DNA of 64,000 bases from Takakia lepidozioides (lineage: Eukaryota; Plantae; Bryophyta), in contig CM060734.1 of the NCBI GenBank assembly GCA_030704615.1, positions 47,306,001 to 47,370,000 on the forward strand. Reading direction: 5' to 3'. Under the pieces are notes generated by a model that worked only from the letters and a program-made list of their open reading frames with translations, was not told where the DNA came from and did no database searches. This document shows, in pieces, positions 63,371-64,000 of this stretch. Made by a program: the position numbers and the translations under genes. Each line of letters starts with the position of its first letter. Position 1 is the stretch's first letter.

Positions 63371-64000
63371 TACCCACGGGATAACCAAAAGCTGAGATGG
63401 ACCGGCGGTCGCCGACTTTAACCACAGCGGTCCACGGTTCGGATCGCTCCACGCGGATCCACGCCCCGCCATGTGGCAGGGGCGGTTTACCCAGTGGGGC
63501 CCGGGCAACACAGCTACAATTCCCTTAAGGGGGGGTATTCTTACCTTTAGCTATTAGCTTTAATTTAGACCCCTTTAAGGGTTAGGGGCCTCTAACCAAG
63601 GCGCCAGTGGTAGATAAAATGTAGGATTTTGGGATGACTTTAAGGAGCTAGTGTGATTTCACCGGTTTATATTACTTTAAGGAGCTAGTGTGATTTCCCT
63701 CCTTGGAAAAAGTCATCCCCTACCTTGGGCTCTGACACAATGATTCACTGTAGCCTAAATTTAAGGATAGAGTACTTTTGTTCATCCCTTGTCTCTCAAG
63801 GTCTCAGCCTCTAGCTCGTAGACCTACCATTGATTATTAGTTGAGCATGCATGTTCTGGACTAATGAATGTAGTGGAAGGGATGAATTCTCAGCGGGATT
63901 CATTCATCCGGTAGGGCTGCGACAGTTCTCTGCGGCAGGGAACGGTTCTCAGACGTTCCCCGGTTATCACTTGGTTCCCCAGAGGTTCCCAATGGCATTT

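Overview
Repeat-rich, gene-poor nuclear DNA from a land plant, most likely a fern, lycophyte or bryophyte. The evidence is spliceosomal introns, PLS-type PPR fragments, a Tcn1-like chromovirus and TTTAGGG repeats. I can support no intact host gene. Positions 1-21956 appear to be the right-hand >22 kb of one giant CMC/EnSpm (CACTA-like) DNA transposon. It has a decayed DDE transposase with a C-terminal BAH-like segment, a CCCTA-type terminus with palindromic subterminal repeats, and unusual cargo: (i) a spliced gene fusing a ParB/Srx-like domain (DGNHR) to a beta-class DNA amino-methyltransferase-like domain, (ii) a divergent protein kinase, (iii) compact orphan ORFs, and (iv) arrays of a palindrome (core GGAAATTCGGCGCCGAATTTCC) upstream of and inside the ParB-MTase gene. 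The rest of the window holds Ty1/copia remnants, a full-length Ty3/gypsy with non-canonical TA..GA ends nested in a copia, a hAT MITE, a Pack-CACTA carrying PPR fragments, LINE/SINE fragments, a split chromovirus, an eIF4A fragment, and a locally duplicated ~10-kb mosaic of gene fragments. Boundaries given with TSDs were read base by base. Other boundaries are approximate, and all protein-family calls are motif recognition by eye, not database searches.
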